Virus record (IMG/VR): IMGVR_UViG_3300029793_000467
DNA: 64,000 bases
DNA from: a virus
Direction: 5' to 3' (one strand)
This document shows positions 54,654 through 63,600 of this stretch, piece after piece. Within the stretch, counting starts at the first letter, position 1; each line of letters starts with the position of its first letter. Under the pieces are notes generated by a model. It made no database searches. It saw only the letters and a program-made list of their open reading frames with translations, and was not told the origin of the DNA. The translations under genes and the position numbers were made by a program.

Positions 54654-55606
54654 AGCCTTGGTTCCAAGACGACACGCTGACGCTCTATCTAGGCGACGCA
54701 TCGTCCGTGCTTTCCGATTTGCCCGACGGAAGCGTCGATTGTATTGTTACCAGTCCGCCGTACTATGGGTTGCGCCAATACACGGATTCCGAACTGGAAA
54801 TCGGGCGCGAACCCACGCCCGACGGCTATGTGGAAGACCTCAGCAAAGTATTCCGCGAATGCAGACGAATCCTAGCCGATGACGGCACATTCTGGCTGAA
54901 CTTGGGTGACACGTACTCCACGCCGAACCTATGGGACGGCGGCGACGGGTCGGAGAACAGCATCGGATTGCACGGGCATGTGCAGAAGCCGAACGGCAGG
55001 AAACGTCCAGACCGTCCGGCGAAGAACCTGCTCGGCATCCCGTGGAGAGTGGCGTTCGCCTTGCAGGACGAGGGGTGGATACTGCGTTCGGATATTATTT
55101 GGGGGAAAACCAATCCCATGCCGGAAAGCGTTAAAGACCGTCCAAGCAAAAGCTACGAGCATATTTTCCTATTCTCCAAAACCGAAAAATACTATTACGA
55201 CTACCAGTCCGTAAGACAACGGCAGTCGGAGAAAACCATCGAGGATTTAGCCCACCGGCATACGTTCGGCAACAAAAGCACATACGGTGGCGTCCGCGAG
55301 GATTTGGGAAGAGACCGTAGGGAATACGTCTCCCCGGACGGCAGGCGGAACCTACGCGACGTGTGGATGCTGCCGACCCGCCCGTATGCGGGAGCGCATT
55401 TTGCGACTTTCCCGGTGGATATTCCCCTCACATGCATTCAAGCCGGTTGCAAGCCGGGCGGCGTGACGCTCGACCCGTTCAACGGTTCCGGCACCACCGG
55501 TTTGGCGGCTGCGATGCTGGGGCGCAGGTATGTCGGAGTCGATTTAAACGAACAATATTTGAAATTGAGTCTGCAAGACCGTCTGAATCAGCCCGCGTTC
55601 GTATAG
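54650..55606 (+). CDS. DNA methyltransferase (N6-adenine/N4-cytosine, beta class), orphan
   Basis: Motif IV TSPPYY lies upstream of motif I DPFNGSGTTG. No restriction endonuclease partner is present nearby. Confidence 0.85.
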   Translation: MKPWFQDDTLTLYLGDASSVLSDLPDGSVDCIVTSPPYYGLRQYTDSELEIGREPTPDGYVEDLSKVFRECRRILADDGTFWLNLGDTYSTPNLWDGGDGSENSIGLHGHVQKPNGRKRPDRPAKNLLGIPWRVAFALQDEGWILRSDIIWGKTNPMPESVKDRPSKSYEHIFLFSKTEKYYYDYQSVRQRQSEKTIEDLAHRHTFGNKSTYGGVREDLGRDRREYVSPDGRRNLRDVWMLPTRPYAGAHFATFPVDIPLTCIQAGCKPGGVTLDPFNGSGTTGLAAAMLGRRYVGVDLNEQYLKLSLQDRLNQPAFV

Positions 55607-55618
55607 GAGATTGGAAAA

Positions 55619-55822
55619 ATGCTGTCGCTATTATCGCAACAGAATGCGCTTATCGCATTGGCTGTGGGCGCTATCATATTGGCGCTCATGTTCCTCGTGT
55701 CCGCAGTGGAAGACCTGTTGAGTAGTGATACGAGACTAGGGGAGTTGTGCAGTCGCAGGAACCTGAGATGGGCCGTGGTCATTCTGACTGTCGTCGCGGT
55801 TCTCGCGGTTGTGGACATCTGA
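55619..55822 (+). CDS. small membrane protein (67 aa)
   Basis: Two hydrophobic helices. Confidence 0.4.
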   Translation: MLSLLSQQNALIALAVGAIILALMFLVSAVEDLLSSDTRLGELCSRRNLRWAVVILTVVAVLAVVDI

Positions 55823-55838
55823 CGTTTGCTTGGTTTTA

Positions 55839-55869
55839 GGCGGCTTTTTGCCGCCCTTTTTGTTTTTGT
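55839..55869 (+). terminator. rho-independent terminator
   Basis: GGCGGC ttttt GCCGCC followed by a T-run. Confidence 0.65.
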
Positions 55870-55892
55870 GTCGGTGGTTTCCTAAGTTAGGA

Positions 55893-55920
55893 ACTATAAT
55901 GGGATTGTTCACACAAAAAC
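55893..55920 (+). promoter_or_regulatory. conserved promoter element
   Basis: ACTATAATGGGATTGTTCACACA. Confidence 0.55.
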
Positions 55921-55945
55921 AAAAAATGAAAGTCAAGGAGAAAAA

Positions 55946-56668
55946 ATGTCTGGCGAAAAAACCAATCCCAAATCACCGGAATACAAGAAAACCATCGACA
56001 CCACCGGCTTCGGACTCACCTGCGTCACGGAATATGGATTCGACAACGATGGACTGTTCCACCACGAATACGCCTACACTCACGGAAACAGAAAGGCCGT
56101 CGTCCAAGTGACGGGAAGCCGGAAGCCCGCCGACTGGCACACCCGCCAAAGCGCCTACGCATCCTACTATGAGGACGGACGTCAGGTAGGGAAGACCCGC
56201 GCCTACAACATCTACGAAAACGCGCAAATCAAAGCCGTCCGATGGGTCATGGGCTATGGTTCCGACAGCAAGGCCGACGAAGCATGCCGTGCGATGCGAT
56301 TGGCGAAAAGCCGACGAAACCAGCGGACATGCCAGAGAATCCCCGAAGCGCTCCGTATGGAAGTGGACGGATTGGCCAACACTCTCGGGTTGAGGATTCA
56401 CGGCAACGAGGACAACGAAACCGTCGAAACGTTCGTGGACGCCTATATCGCCGCCGCCGAAGACAATGGTCTTGTCGAGCTGAGGGAACGACAGCACGGG
56501 TACGAGACCTCAATCACCGCATGGCTGGATGGGGACGCCGGACGAAAGACGGAGGACGCTCCCGACTGGGAGAAGTTCAAGGCGACCGCCACGGCAATCG
56601 TCCCGCTCTATCAGGAGTGCAGACGCAAGGCTGCGGAAAGCGTCGGACTCGCTGAAAAACTGGATTGA
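55946..56668 (+). CDS. hypothetical protein (240 aa)
   Basis: Promoter element at 55893-55920. Confidence 0.45.
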   Translation: MSGEKTNPKSPEYKKTIDTTGFGLTCVTEYGFDNDGLFHHEYAYTHGNRKAVVQVTGSRKPADWHTRQSAYASYYEDGRQVGKTRAYNIYENAQIKAVRWVMGYGSDSKADEACRAMRLAKSRRNQRTCQRIPEALRMEVDGLANTLGLRIHGNEDNETVETFVDAYIAAAEDNGLVELRERQHGYETSITAWLDGDAGRKTEDAPDWEKFKATATAIVPLYQECRRKAAESVGLAEKLD

Positions 56669-57087
56669 GGACAACCTTTCGGTTCGACCGCCAACGTGGG
56701 AGCATCTTCCAGAATCGACCTGTAGTCCTCCAACACTCCGACCGTCACGTTCAAATCGACGGCCACGAGGAACGCTTCGCCCTCGTATACTCGTTCGGAC
56801 TGTATGTAGTCGAACGGATTGATGAGCAGCGTCGCGGTCTCCTTGCGCACATGCGTTTCGGCCTTGTCGTCGTATTGGCTCTGGCAACGGGCGTCCCCAT
56901 GTGTCCAGTGGAGCAGTTCGTGGGCCAGCGTGCATCGTTTTTGCCGTTCGTTCAGCCGTGGGTCGATGATGATGATGTGCGTCAACTCGTCGTATACGCC
57001 GTTGATGTTTTCAGGCAGTTCCTCTTCGAATATGTGTGGTGCCGGTCGGGTGAGTTCCACGGCGCGTCGCATGCACTCGTAGCTCAT
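56611..57087 (-). CDS. ImmA/IrrE-family metallopeptidase (HEXXH)
   Basis: LAHELLHWTHGD inside a DUF955-like region. The Arg-rich N-terminal part of the long ORF was excluded. Confidence 0.55.
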   Translation of the reverse strand: MSYECMRRAVELTRPAPHIFEEELPENINGVYDELTHIIIIDPRLNERQKRCTLAHELLHWTHGDARCQSQYDDKAETHVRKETATLLINPFDYIQSERVYEGEAFLVAVDLNVTVGVLEDYRSILEDAPTLAVEPKGCPQSSFSASPTLSAALRLHS

Positions 57088-57131
57088 ACGCCTGTCGAGG
57101 GTGACGTTTCTGCCGTCCAATGGGGGATGGT

Positions 57132-57512
57132 TCAGCAATCGTCCTCGCTTTCCGCTTCCGCCTGTTTGTTCGGGTCGTGGTTCGCGGCCAAGGTGAGGTC
57201 TCCCGCGTTGATTCTGCGTAGTACGTCTTGTAGCTGTTGTTCCACGATAGAGGGTTTTGTCTGGTAGCCGTTTTGTCCGGCGATTAGCTCCTCTGGCTCC
57301 ATGTCCCATGCGTGGGCGAGTGTTTCGATGTCGGCGGGGAGCCATTCGACGGTTTCGTTGTATCGTGTGGTGACGTAACTGGGGCTTTTGCCTAGTTGCC
57401 GTGCGATGTCCCGTGCGGAGAGCCGTCGGATTCCGGCTTCCGCTAGGATGCGTTGGTTGATTCTTCTGTTGAATTCGCTGGTTTGGTTTTTTCTTTTTCC
57501 CATGTTTTCCAT
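57132..57512 (-). CDS. XRE-family HTH transcriptional regulator (ImmR-like)
   Basis: LSARDIARQLGKSPSYVTTRYN resembles an HTH_3 motif. Lies upstream of the ImmA-like gene. Confidence 0.55.
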   Translation of the reverse strand: MENMGKRKNQTSEFNRRINQRILAEAGIRRLSARDIARQLGKSPSYVTTRYNETVEWLPADIETLAHAWDMEPEELIAGQNGYQTKPSIVEQQLQDVLRRINAGDLTLAANHDPNKQAEAESEDDC

Positions 57513-57550
57513 GATAACTGATTTTTAACATGAAACGCGTGGTTTTAGAT

Positions 57551-57578
57551 TTGACAGCATACTTTTATATGCTATTGT
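57551..57578 (+). promoter_or_regulatory. sigma70-like promoter TTGACA-16-TATTGT with palindromic operator-like spacer GCATACTTTTATATGC
   Basis: Consensus -35, and the spacer contains the inverted repeat GCATA..TATGC. Lies in the divergent region next to the ImmR-like gene. Confidence 0.45.
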
Positions 57579-57737
57579 CTGTAATTACAAACACTTGTTC
57601 ACCTGAAGAAACAGGAAGGTTAATGTATAACATGAGTCACGACAAGGCACGGGCGCTCTTGTGGATGGTCAGATAGACACCCCAAGAAGCCCGTTCCACA
57701 TACCCCGCCTCAAAATTGGAGGGACACACCCCCAATT

Positions 57738-57762
57738 TTGTGAATACGCCCAGTATGACTAG
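57738..57762 (-). promoter_or_regulatory. conserved promoter element variant, 230 nt upstream of ImmR-like gene
   Basis: rc GTCATACTGGGCGTATTCACAAA, followed by the palindromic hairpin CAAAATTGGGGG/CCTCCAATTTTG at 57711-57740. Confidence 0.4.
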
Positions 57763-57824
57763 AATAAAAAAACGTCCACACAATATAAGCCAGACTCCAC
57801 ACAGGCCAGACCAAAAGGAATGTT

Positions 57825-59396
57825 TTGAGAAAGACAATAGACCAGAAAATCCTCTTGGATAAACACTTCACAAAATTGGACATCCTAGGCCAGCACCTAT
57901 GGATGATGCTCCAACTGCATCCGAAGACCAATGCTCTCGGCGTATGTGATTGGACGTTTGGAAAAATCAACGCTTACACTCACGGAAACACTCCCACCCT
58001 ATTCCAACAGGCGGGCCGGGAACTCGCAAACGAAGGACTACTGGTCATAGACGAGGACACCGAAGAAGCACTCCTCCTCGACCACATCGACCTCACGGCG
58101 GACTCCGGAACCATCGAATCCGCATACCTTGGAACCGCCAGCCCAAGACTGCGCAGAATCCTAGTCAGTGAACTGAACCGAACCCTCCGACAGGGAAAGC
58201 ACTTCCCGTTCGAATGGGAGGAGATTCATGACATCCTCAGTGAATCGAATGCCGACTCCGACGAATATGAGGAGCCGCATCCAAGCGTGGAACCCGTCGA
58301 GGATGATTCCCTAAACACCTCCCAGACAGATAATTCCACCTCCAAAAAGGAAAAAGAACCCGCCAAGCAGGACGATACCGAAACCTCAAGCGTGAAACCC
58401 GTAGAAGCGGAAGACAAGCCCGTCAAGAAGCGTCGCGGTCGCCCACGCAAGAATCCACTCCCTCCGGAAGGAGAAGACAAACCGAAGCGTCGGCGCGGTC
58501 GCCCACGCAAGTACAAACCCGAACCGGTCGAACTGATGGACGGAACCATGGAGCCTCCGTTCGAGGAGCCGATGACCATGGAACAGGTCGAGGTTCTACC
58601 CCAATACGATTCCAACGCTCCAATCGACGTGGATGATGACGGGGAACCCAAGTATTTGCAGTGGGATGAAATCCCGCAACAGCTTTGGTTCTGGCATCCT
58701 CTGCCGGAAGACTGGTCTCCGACCAAGAAAGCCGCCGACTTGTACAAGGAGCTGGGCGGCGGAAGCAAGATGACCATTTTGCAAGCGGCTGACTCGTTCC
58801 GTAAGGTCTACGATTCACGTTTGTACGTGAAACGTGACAATGGTTTCAAGGCCGCTCCGCTTTCGCCTGACCGACTTTTCATCCAACAGTTGCTTCACTG
58901 GCGTAAGGAGAAGGACGAGGAAAACGAACGCAAAGCCAAGGAAAAAGCCGAGGAGGAAGCTCTCCTCAACGAGGAACCGACAATCGACGTAGACCCCATC
59001 TGGGGAAACCCCGAAGACTTGGTTTCCGCCAAAGTGGAACAGGAAAATCCCCAACAGGAGGAAGTGACCCCACTGATTCCAGACGAGGAAGTACCGAAAG
59101 TCCGCCACTACAAGCGGATGGTGCCGAAGGATTGGAAACCGAACCAGAAGCACATCGACCGAGCCAATGAACTGAACATCGACGTGAACACGGAAGCCAA
59201 GAAATTCTACAACTACAGCCATTCCAATGGCAAGAAATACTTGGACTTCGACCGCGCCTTTGACAATTGGCTTCTCAATGCCGACAAGTTTAACAGGAAC
59301 GGTCAGAGCAGACGCAAAACCCGTAGCGAGGAAGGATACGAGCACAACATGAACATGCTGAAAGAATCCCTCGCCCAAGCCGGATGGGATGAATGA
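57825..59396 (+). CDS. AT-hook DNA-binding protein (523 aa)
   Basis: Two KRRGRPRK AT-hook motifs, an acidic linker and a Lys/Glu-rich coiled region. Confidence 0.5.
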   Translation: MRKTIDQKILLDKHFTKLDILGQHLWMMLQLHPKTNALGVCDWTFGKINAYTHGNTPTLFQQAGRELANEGLLVIDEDTEEALLLDHIDLTADSGTIESAYLGTASPRLRRILVSELNRTLRQGKHFPFEWEEIHDILSESNADSDEYEEPHPSVEPVEDDSLNTSQTDNSTSKKEKEPAKQDDTETSSVKPVEAEDKPVKKRRGRPRKNPLPPEGEDKPKRRRGRPRKYKPEPVELMDGTMEPPFEEPMTMEQVEVLPQYDSNAPIDVDDDGEPKYLQWDEIPQQLWFWHPLPEDWSPTKKAADLYKELGGGSKMTILQAADSFRKVYDSRLYVKRDNGFKAAPLSPDRLFIQQLLHWRKEKDEENERKAKEKAEEEALLNEEPTIDVDPIWGNPEDLVSAKVEQENPQQEEVTPLIPDEEVPKVRHYKRMVPKDWKPNQKHIDRANELNIDVNTEAKKFYNYSHSNGKKYLDFDRAFDNWLLNADKFNRNGQSRRKTRSEEGYEHNMNMLKESLAQAGWDE

Positions 59397-60067
59397 TGAC
59401 AGCACAGGCTCCAACACAAGGAACGTTGACCACGGCACAGGCCAGCAATGGCAAACAGCATTACCCACGCGCCTTCGAACGCCCGTGCGCCATCGCGCTG
59501 TTGACCCAAATCAACAGCCATTACGGCAACAAGCCGTTGGATGACGCGCAGGTGGATAACTTCGTCAACGAAATCGACCATACGATTAAAGCCGACGAAG
59601 CCCGTCAAGCCATCATCGAATTCTTCCAGACACATTCGTCACGGGAAGCTTGGATTGCTCCCTACGACATCAATCAGATGGTCAGGAGGAAGCGTTTGAG
59701 CAGAGTGCCATCCAATGCTGAAATCAGCCGCATGCTCGACGGATATGGCATCACCGACGCGAACACCGCATGGGGATTCCGACGAGGACTAACCTACGCC
59801 ATCTCCAAAGGCGCTTCGCCGGAACGCGCTATCGAGTATGCGAAAAGACACTGTGATGACGTGAAGACCATCTCCAACACCCCAGACCAGTATCCACAGC
59901 TCACAGCCGGTGACAACGTGGGCAAGGAAGACGGTGTCACTTCATTTTCAGCGCTATTGAAAGACTTCCGGTCAGGATTGGAACGGCCATCCACACAGGC
60001 CAATCCAATCCCAGCCGAAAACAATCCAATCCAGAAAACCGATAAGAAAGAAGAAAACAAACAATGA
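59393..60067 (+). CDS. hypothetical protein (224 aa)
   Basis: ATGA-coupled ORF. Confidence 0.45.
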   Translation: MMTAQAPTQGTLTTAQASNGKQHYPRAFERPCAIALLTQINSHYGNKPLDDAQVDNFVNEIDHTIKADEARQAIIEFFQTHSSREAWIAPYDINQMVRRKRLSRVPSNAEISRMLDGYGITDANTAWGFRRGLTYAISKGASPERAIEYAKRHCDDVKTISNTPDQYPQLTAGDNVGKEDGVTSFSALLKDFRSGLERPSTQANPIPAENNPIQKTDKKEENKQ

Positions 60068-60465
60068 CCGACGTCACCACCAAGCTCATTCATGACACTT
60101 TCATCCAGAACCGTCCCGATAAGGTAGGCGAACAGGAAGCGGAAGAACTGTTCAACCATTGGCTCGAAGTCCACGGATTCCAGCCGGAGGAACAGCCCAT
60201 CGCACCAGCCGGATTCGAGTATGAGACCGTCAAAACCAAGGAGGATTCCACACCATCCTCCGACGATTTGGACGCCATCGCCCTCGCATCCGACAATGCC
60301 ACCAATTCCGCCGCAATGATTTCCGACGTGATGGATTCTCTTCCTGAAAGCACTCAGGAAGCGCTTGCGTGCGCGTTGAACGACTTCGACTGTGCCGCCG
60401 AGCATCTGCACAGGTTGCTCGACAAGTACAATTACAAGCCTTTGGAAGAAAGGGAGGAAGAGTGA
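60064..60465 (+). CDS. hypothetical acidic protein (133 aa)
   Basis: Coupled ORF. Confidence 0.45.
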   Translation: MTDVTTKLIHDTFIQNRPDKVGEQEAEELFNHWLEVHGFQPEEQPIAPAGFEYETVKTKEDSTPSSDDLDAIALASDNATNSAAMISDVMDSLPESTQEALACALNDFDCAAEHLHRLLDKYNYKPLEEREEE

Positions 60466-60521
60466 AGTAGCGCAAGAACACAAAACCAATCCACACACAG
60501 TAAGAAACCAGAAGGAAAGAT

Positions 60522-62465
60522 TTGAAAAACAAACTCCGAGGGAAAATCCCCTTCATCGCGGCAGTGTCCGCACTATCCATGCTCGCCTCCGCAAACGTGG
60601 CATTGGCCGCAGAGGTCGGCAACCCAATCATCGTGGACAAAACCAACATGTTCACAGCTGATGAAACCGTTGACCTGTTGGGCGGCGACTTGGGCGAGGC
60701 GGCGAACTTCGGTCTCGTCGGCTTCGACTCCGTCCGTCTGAACGCCCACACGAACAGTAATATCGCCACCGAGCACGCCTATATTGGCGCGGCCTTCGGC
60801 AATCATGCCAACGGTGTGGACGAGCCGGAAGTCAGCTACATGGACAAGGTTGACGGCAATATCAACGTCAATCTGCCCGCCGACTCCAAGATTGTCTTCG
60901 GACAGTCAAACATCATCGGACAGACCGACAATGGCAACAGTTGGACGGTGAACGGGAACAAGCTGGAAATGCAGACCAGTGGAAGCCTCCCGAAGTCCGA
61001 ACGAGTGCTCAAGGATTCCAAGACCGTCAAATATCTTGATTTGAAGTCCATGGAAAAGAGCATGACCAGCCTGTCCGCCAAGTGGTCGAAAGCTTCGGAA
61101 TCCAACGCGACCCATGATTTCTCCGACATGAACAAGCGTCACATCGACGCCAACGGTGATGTCGCTCATATCAACATCGACGCGAAAGAACTGCAAGGTA
61201 ATCGTGTGACCGCCACGTTGGGGGAGAAGACCCGTCTCGTCGTGAATGTTGACGCCGAAGGTGCGGACAATATCACTCTGCCCCAATTGGACGTGGACGG
61301 TATCAATCACGCCGAATACGCCAAGTGGACGGACAAGGGTGTTATTTACAATCTGACCGACTCCAAAGCCAAGGACGGGCAGTATCACGGCAACGTCGGC
61401 ACCGCTGGCGCATCCTCTTCCGTGATTCTCGCGCCGGAAGCCAACGTGGACGCGTCGCAGAACGTTGAAGGGCAGATTATCGCCAAGAACGTGACCATCG
61501 GCGGCGAATTCCACCGCAACAGCGTCAACGTTCCCGCCACCCGCCACGTCGAGGTGAAGCTGGACGGTCAGGACAAGACCGAGACCACTCCGTTCGTCGT
61601 GCCCCAGCCCGCTAAAGACCATTACCGTTTCACCGTCTGGACCACCAACCCGGACGGAACCGGCGACTCCTACAAGCCGGGCGAGACCGTGACTTCGATT
61701 CCGGAGAACACCACCCTGTACCCGCAGTGGGAGGCGAAGCATTTGCTTCGCTATGATACGAACGGTGGCAACGGCAAGTATGTGGATTCCGACCTGCCGT
61801 CAGATGTGTCTGACACGGTTCCAACCCGCGACGGTTACGAGTTCGACGGTTGGATGATTGATGGAGTCAAGGTCGATTCCGGCGATAGCGTCGAGGACAA
61901 CGGCTCCGACGTGACTGTGGTCGCGCAGTGGACGCCGGTCAAGCAGGATGTGACCCCGACTAAGCCGGAAACCCCGAAGGACGACAACAAGACCGACAAC
62001 GGTGGCAACGGTTCTGAGATTCCGAAGGATGATAAGACGGATACTTCATCCAAGGATGACAACAAGACCGACGATTTCAAGCCGAACACTCCGAAGGACG
62101 ATATCAATACTGATACTCCTTCCAAGGGTGATGATTCCAAGCCGGAAACCCCGAAGGATGATACGGACAAGAACGATACTCCGTCAAAGGATGATTCCGA
62201 CAAGTCCGACAATGATACGAAGGTTCCATCCGACGATAAGAGCGATGTGAACACTCCGACCAGCGATAAGACCGCCGATACTGGTAAGACCGATACCGGC
62301 AAGAAGACTGTGGGCGCCAAGAACAATACTCAGGCCGTTCAACAGGACGGTCAGGGCTTGGCTACCACCGGCGTGGCTGTTGGCGTCATCGCGGTCGCGG
62401 TCATTGTGCTTGCCGCCGCCGGTGCAATCCTCTCCGTCGCAAAACGACATGAGGGTAACCGCTGA
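60522..62465 (+). CDS. cell-wall-anchored surface protein (LAxTG sortase signal) with T-P-K-D-D repeat stalk
   Basis: TTG start and a signal peptide. C-terminal LATTG motif, a TM helix and a KRHEGNR tail. Tandem (E/N)TPKDD-type repeats. Confidence 0.65.
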   Translation: MKNKLRGKIPFIAAVSALSMLASANVALAAEVGNPIIVDKTNMFTADETVDLLGGDLGEAANFGLVGFDSVRLNAHTNSNIATEHAYIGAAFGNHANGVDEPEVSYMDKVDGNINVNLPADSKIVFGQSNIIGQTDNGNSWTVNGNKLEMQTSGSLPKSERVLKDSKTVKYLDLKSMEKSMTSLSAKWSKASESNATHDFSDMNKRHIDANGDVAHINIDAKELQGNRVTATLGEKTRLVVNVDAEGADNITLPQLDVDGINHAEYAKWTDKGVIYNLTDSKAKDGQYHGNVGTAGASSSVILAPEANVDASQNVEGQIIAKNVTIGGEFHRNSVNVPATRHVEVKLDGQDKTETTPFVVPQPAKDHYRFTVWTTNPDGTGDSYKPGETVTSIPENTTLYPQWEAKHLLRYDTNGGNGKYVDSDLPSDVSDTVPTRDGYEFDGWMIDGVKVDSGDSVEDNGSDVTVVAQWTPVKQDVTPTKPETPKDDNKTDNGGNGSEIPKDDKTDTSSKDDNKTDDFKPNTPKDDINTDTPSKGDDSKPETPKDDTDKNDTPSKDDSDKSDNDTKVPSDDKSDVNTPTSDKTADTGKTDTGKKTVGAKNNTQAVQQDGQGLATTGVAVGVIAVAVIVLAAAGAILSVAKRHEGNR

Positions 62466-62504
62466 CATTACCTCTCTATTCGATAGGGAGATAATGTGAC
62501 TCCA

Positions 62505-62538
62505 ATCCCGCCGTCTTTTTGATGGCGGGATTTTTTTA
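62505..62538 (+). terminator. rho-independent terminator
   Basis: ATCCCGCC..GGCGGGAT followed by T8. Confidence 0.65.
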
Positions 62539-62542
62539 CCTA

Positions 62543-62570
62543 TGTTATACTGGCAGTGTTCACAAAATCG
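62543..62570 (+). promoter_or_regulatory. conserved promoter element
   Basis: TGTTATACTGGCAGTGTTCACAAA. Confidence 0.55.
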
Positions 62571-62584
62571 GTGAAGAGGTAAAA

Positions 62585-63115
62585 CTTTTGAAAGACTACG
62601 ACTGGTGGGTAAAAGCGTGGAACGCCTATAATAATCCACCCACCAAAACGATTCCATTGGACGCGTCCGATGCTCTCCAAGGGAAAATCACGTCCGTGGT
62701 GGTTCTTGTCATAGCCATATTCGCAATCCCGTTAATCATCCGACGGGCCATAGCTGACGCTAAAGAAGACATGATGGGGAAAATCGAACTCGTCGCCGCA
62801 GTCATCGCTTCGGTCTGTCTGTCCGTTATGTGTGTCTGGATGGTTTACGACGCTTTTGCCATGGAACAAACCCAAGGAGTCAAAACCAGTGTCACCCACC
62901 CGCTCGGTTTCGAAGACCAATTGGAAAAAGACTTCAAAGTGTCAAATCTATCTTGTAAGACCGACGCCTACTTAATCCTCCCCGACCATGGTTCCTACGA
63001 TTGCACGTTCACCAGCAAGGACGGGAAATCAGTAACGAAGGGCACACTTGTTGTAACCGAGGGCGAAAAAGTCGGACTATACGACGCCAATGGAAAGCTG
63101 GTTGAAACAAGATGA
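62585..63115 (+). CDS. membrane protein, paralog 1 (W..AW..Y.PP ... GLY..NGK)
   Basis: TTG start. Shares N- and C-terminal motifs with the next gene. Confidence 0.4.
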   Translation, partial: LLKDYDWWVKAWNAYNNPPTKTIPLDASDALQGKITSVVVLVIAIFAIPLIIRRAIADAKEDMMGKIELVAAVIASVCLSVMCVWMVYDAFAMEQTQGVKTSVTHPLGFEDQLEKDFKVSNLSCKTDAYLILPDHGSYDCTFTSKDGKSVTKGTLVVTEGEKVGLYDANGKLVETR

Positions 63116-63585
63116 AAGATTTCAGTAATTGGCTGGAAGCGTGGAAGATTTATCCTCCTGTTCCTGACTGGTTAAACATTTTAGGCACTATTGTTATTGG
63201 TGTTCTCCTAGTATTGATGACCGTCGGAATAATCGTCGGCTTTATCGGGGCTTTTCTCCGCGATAGTCTCTTATTCGTAAGAATTATCGGCATAAGTCTT
63301 GTTAGCGGGTTTATGGGCGTATTCCTCGTAATGTGCGTCAGCGGCCTTATCGACAACTATTACGAACAGCGTTCGACGGCACCTCCCACTATTCGCGAGC
63401 AGATTTCCAAAGTTTGGAACTTGGACGACATCGACTGCGATTTTTCTAGCAAAGACAAACTTCCTACCGAAGATTTGAAATGCGTCGTCTACCGTGGCGA
63501 CAAGAAGACCAAAGTCACACTGCACGCAAGCGAAAACAAACTCGGCCTGTACACACAGGATGGAAAACGTTTCCCAATCAAATAG
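63112..63585 (+). CDS. membrane protein, paralog 2
   Basis: 157 aa with 2-3 TM helices. ATGA-coupled. Confidence 0.45.
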   Translation: MKDFSNWLEAWKIYPPVPDWLNILGTIVIGVLLVLMTVGIIVGFIGAFLRDSLLFVRIIGISLVSGFMGVFLVMCVSGLIDNYYEQRSTAPPTIREQISKVWNLDDIDCDFSSKDKLPTEDLKCVVYRGDKKTKVTLHASENKLGLYTQDGKRFPIK

Positions 63586-63600
63586 GAAGGATTTAAAAAA

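Noticed and set aside
2388-62570. Possibility that the conserved TTGTTCACACA is a CRP/GlxR (TGTGA-N6-TCACA) or LexA (GAAC-N4-GTTC) box
   Set aside because: Only one half-site is present and there is no partner at the required spacing. The element is not palindromic.
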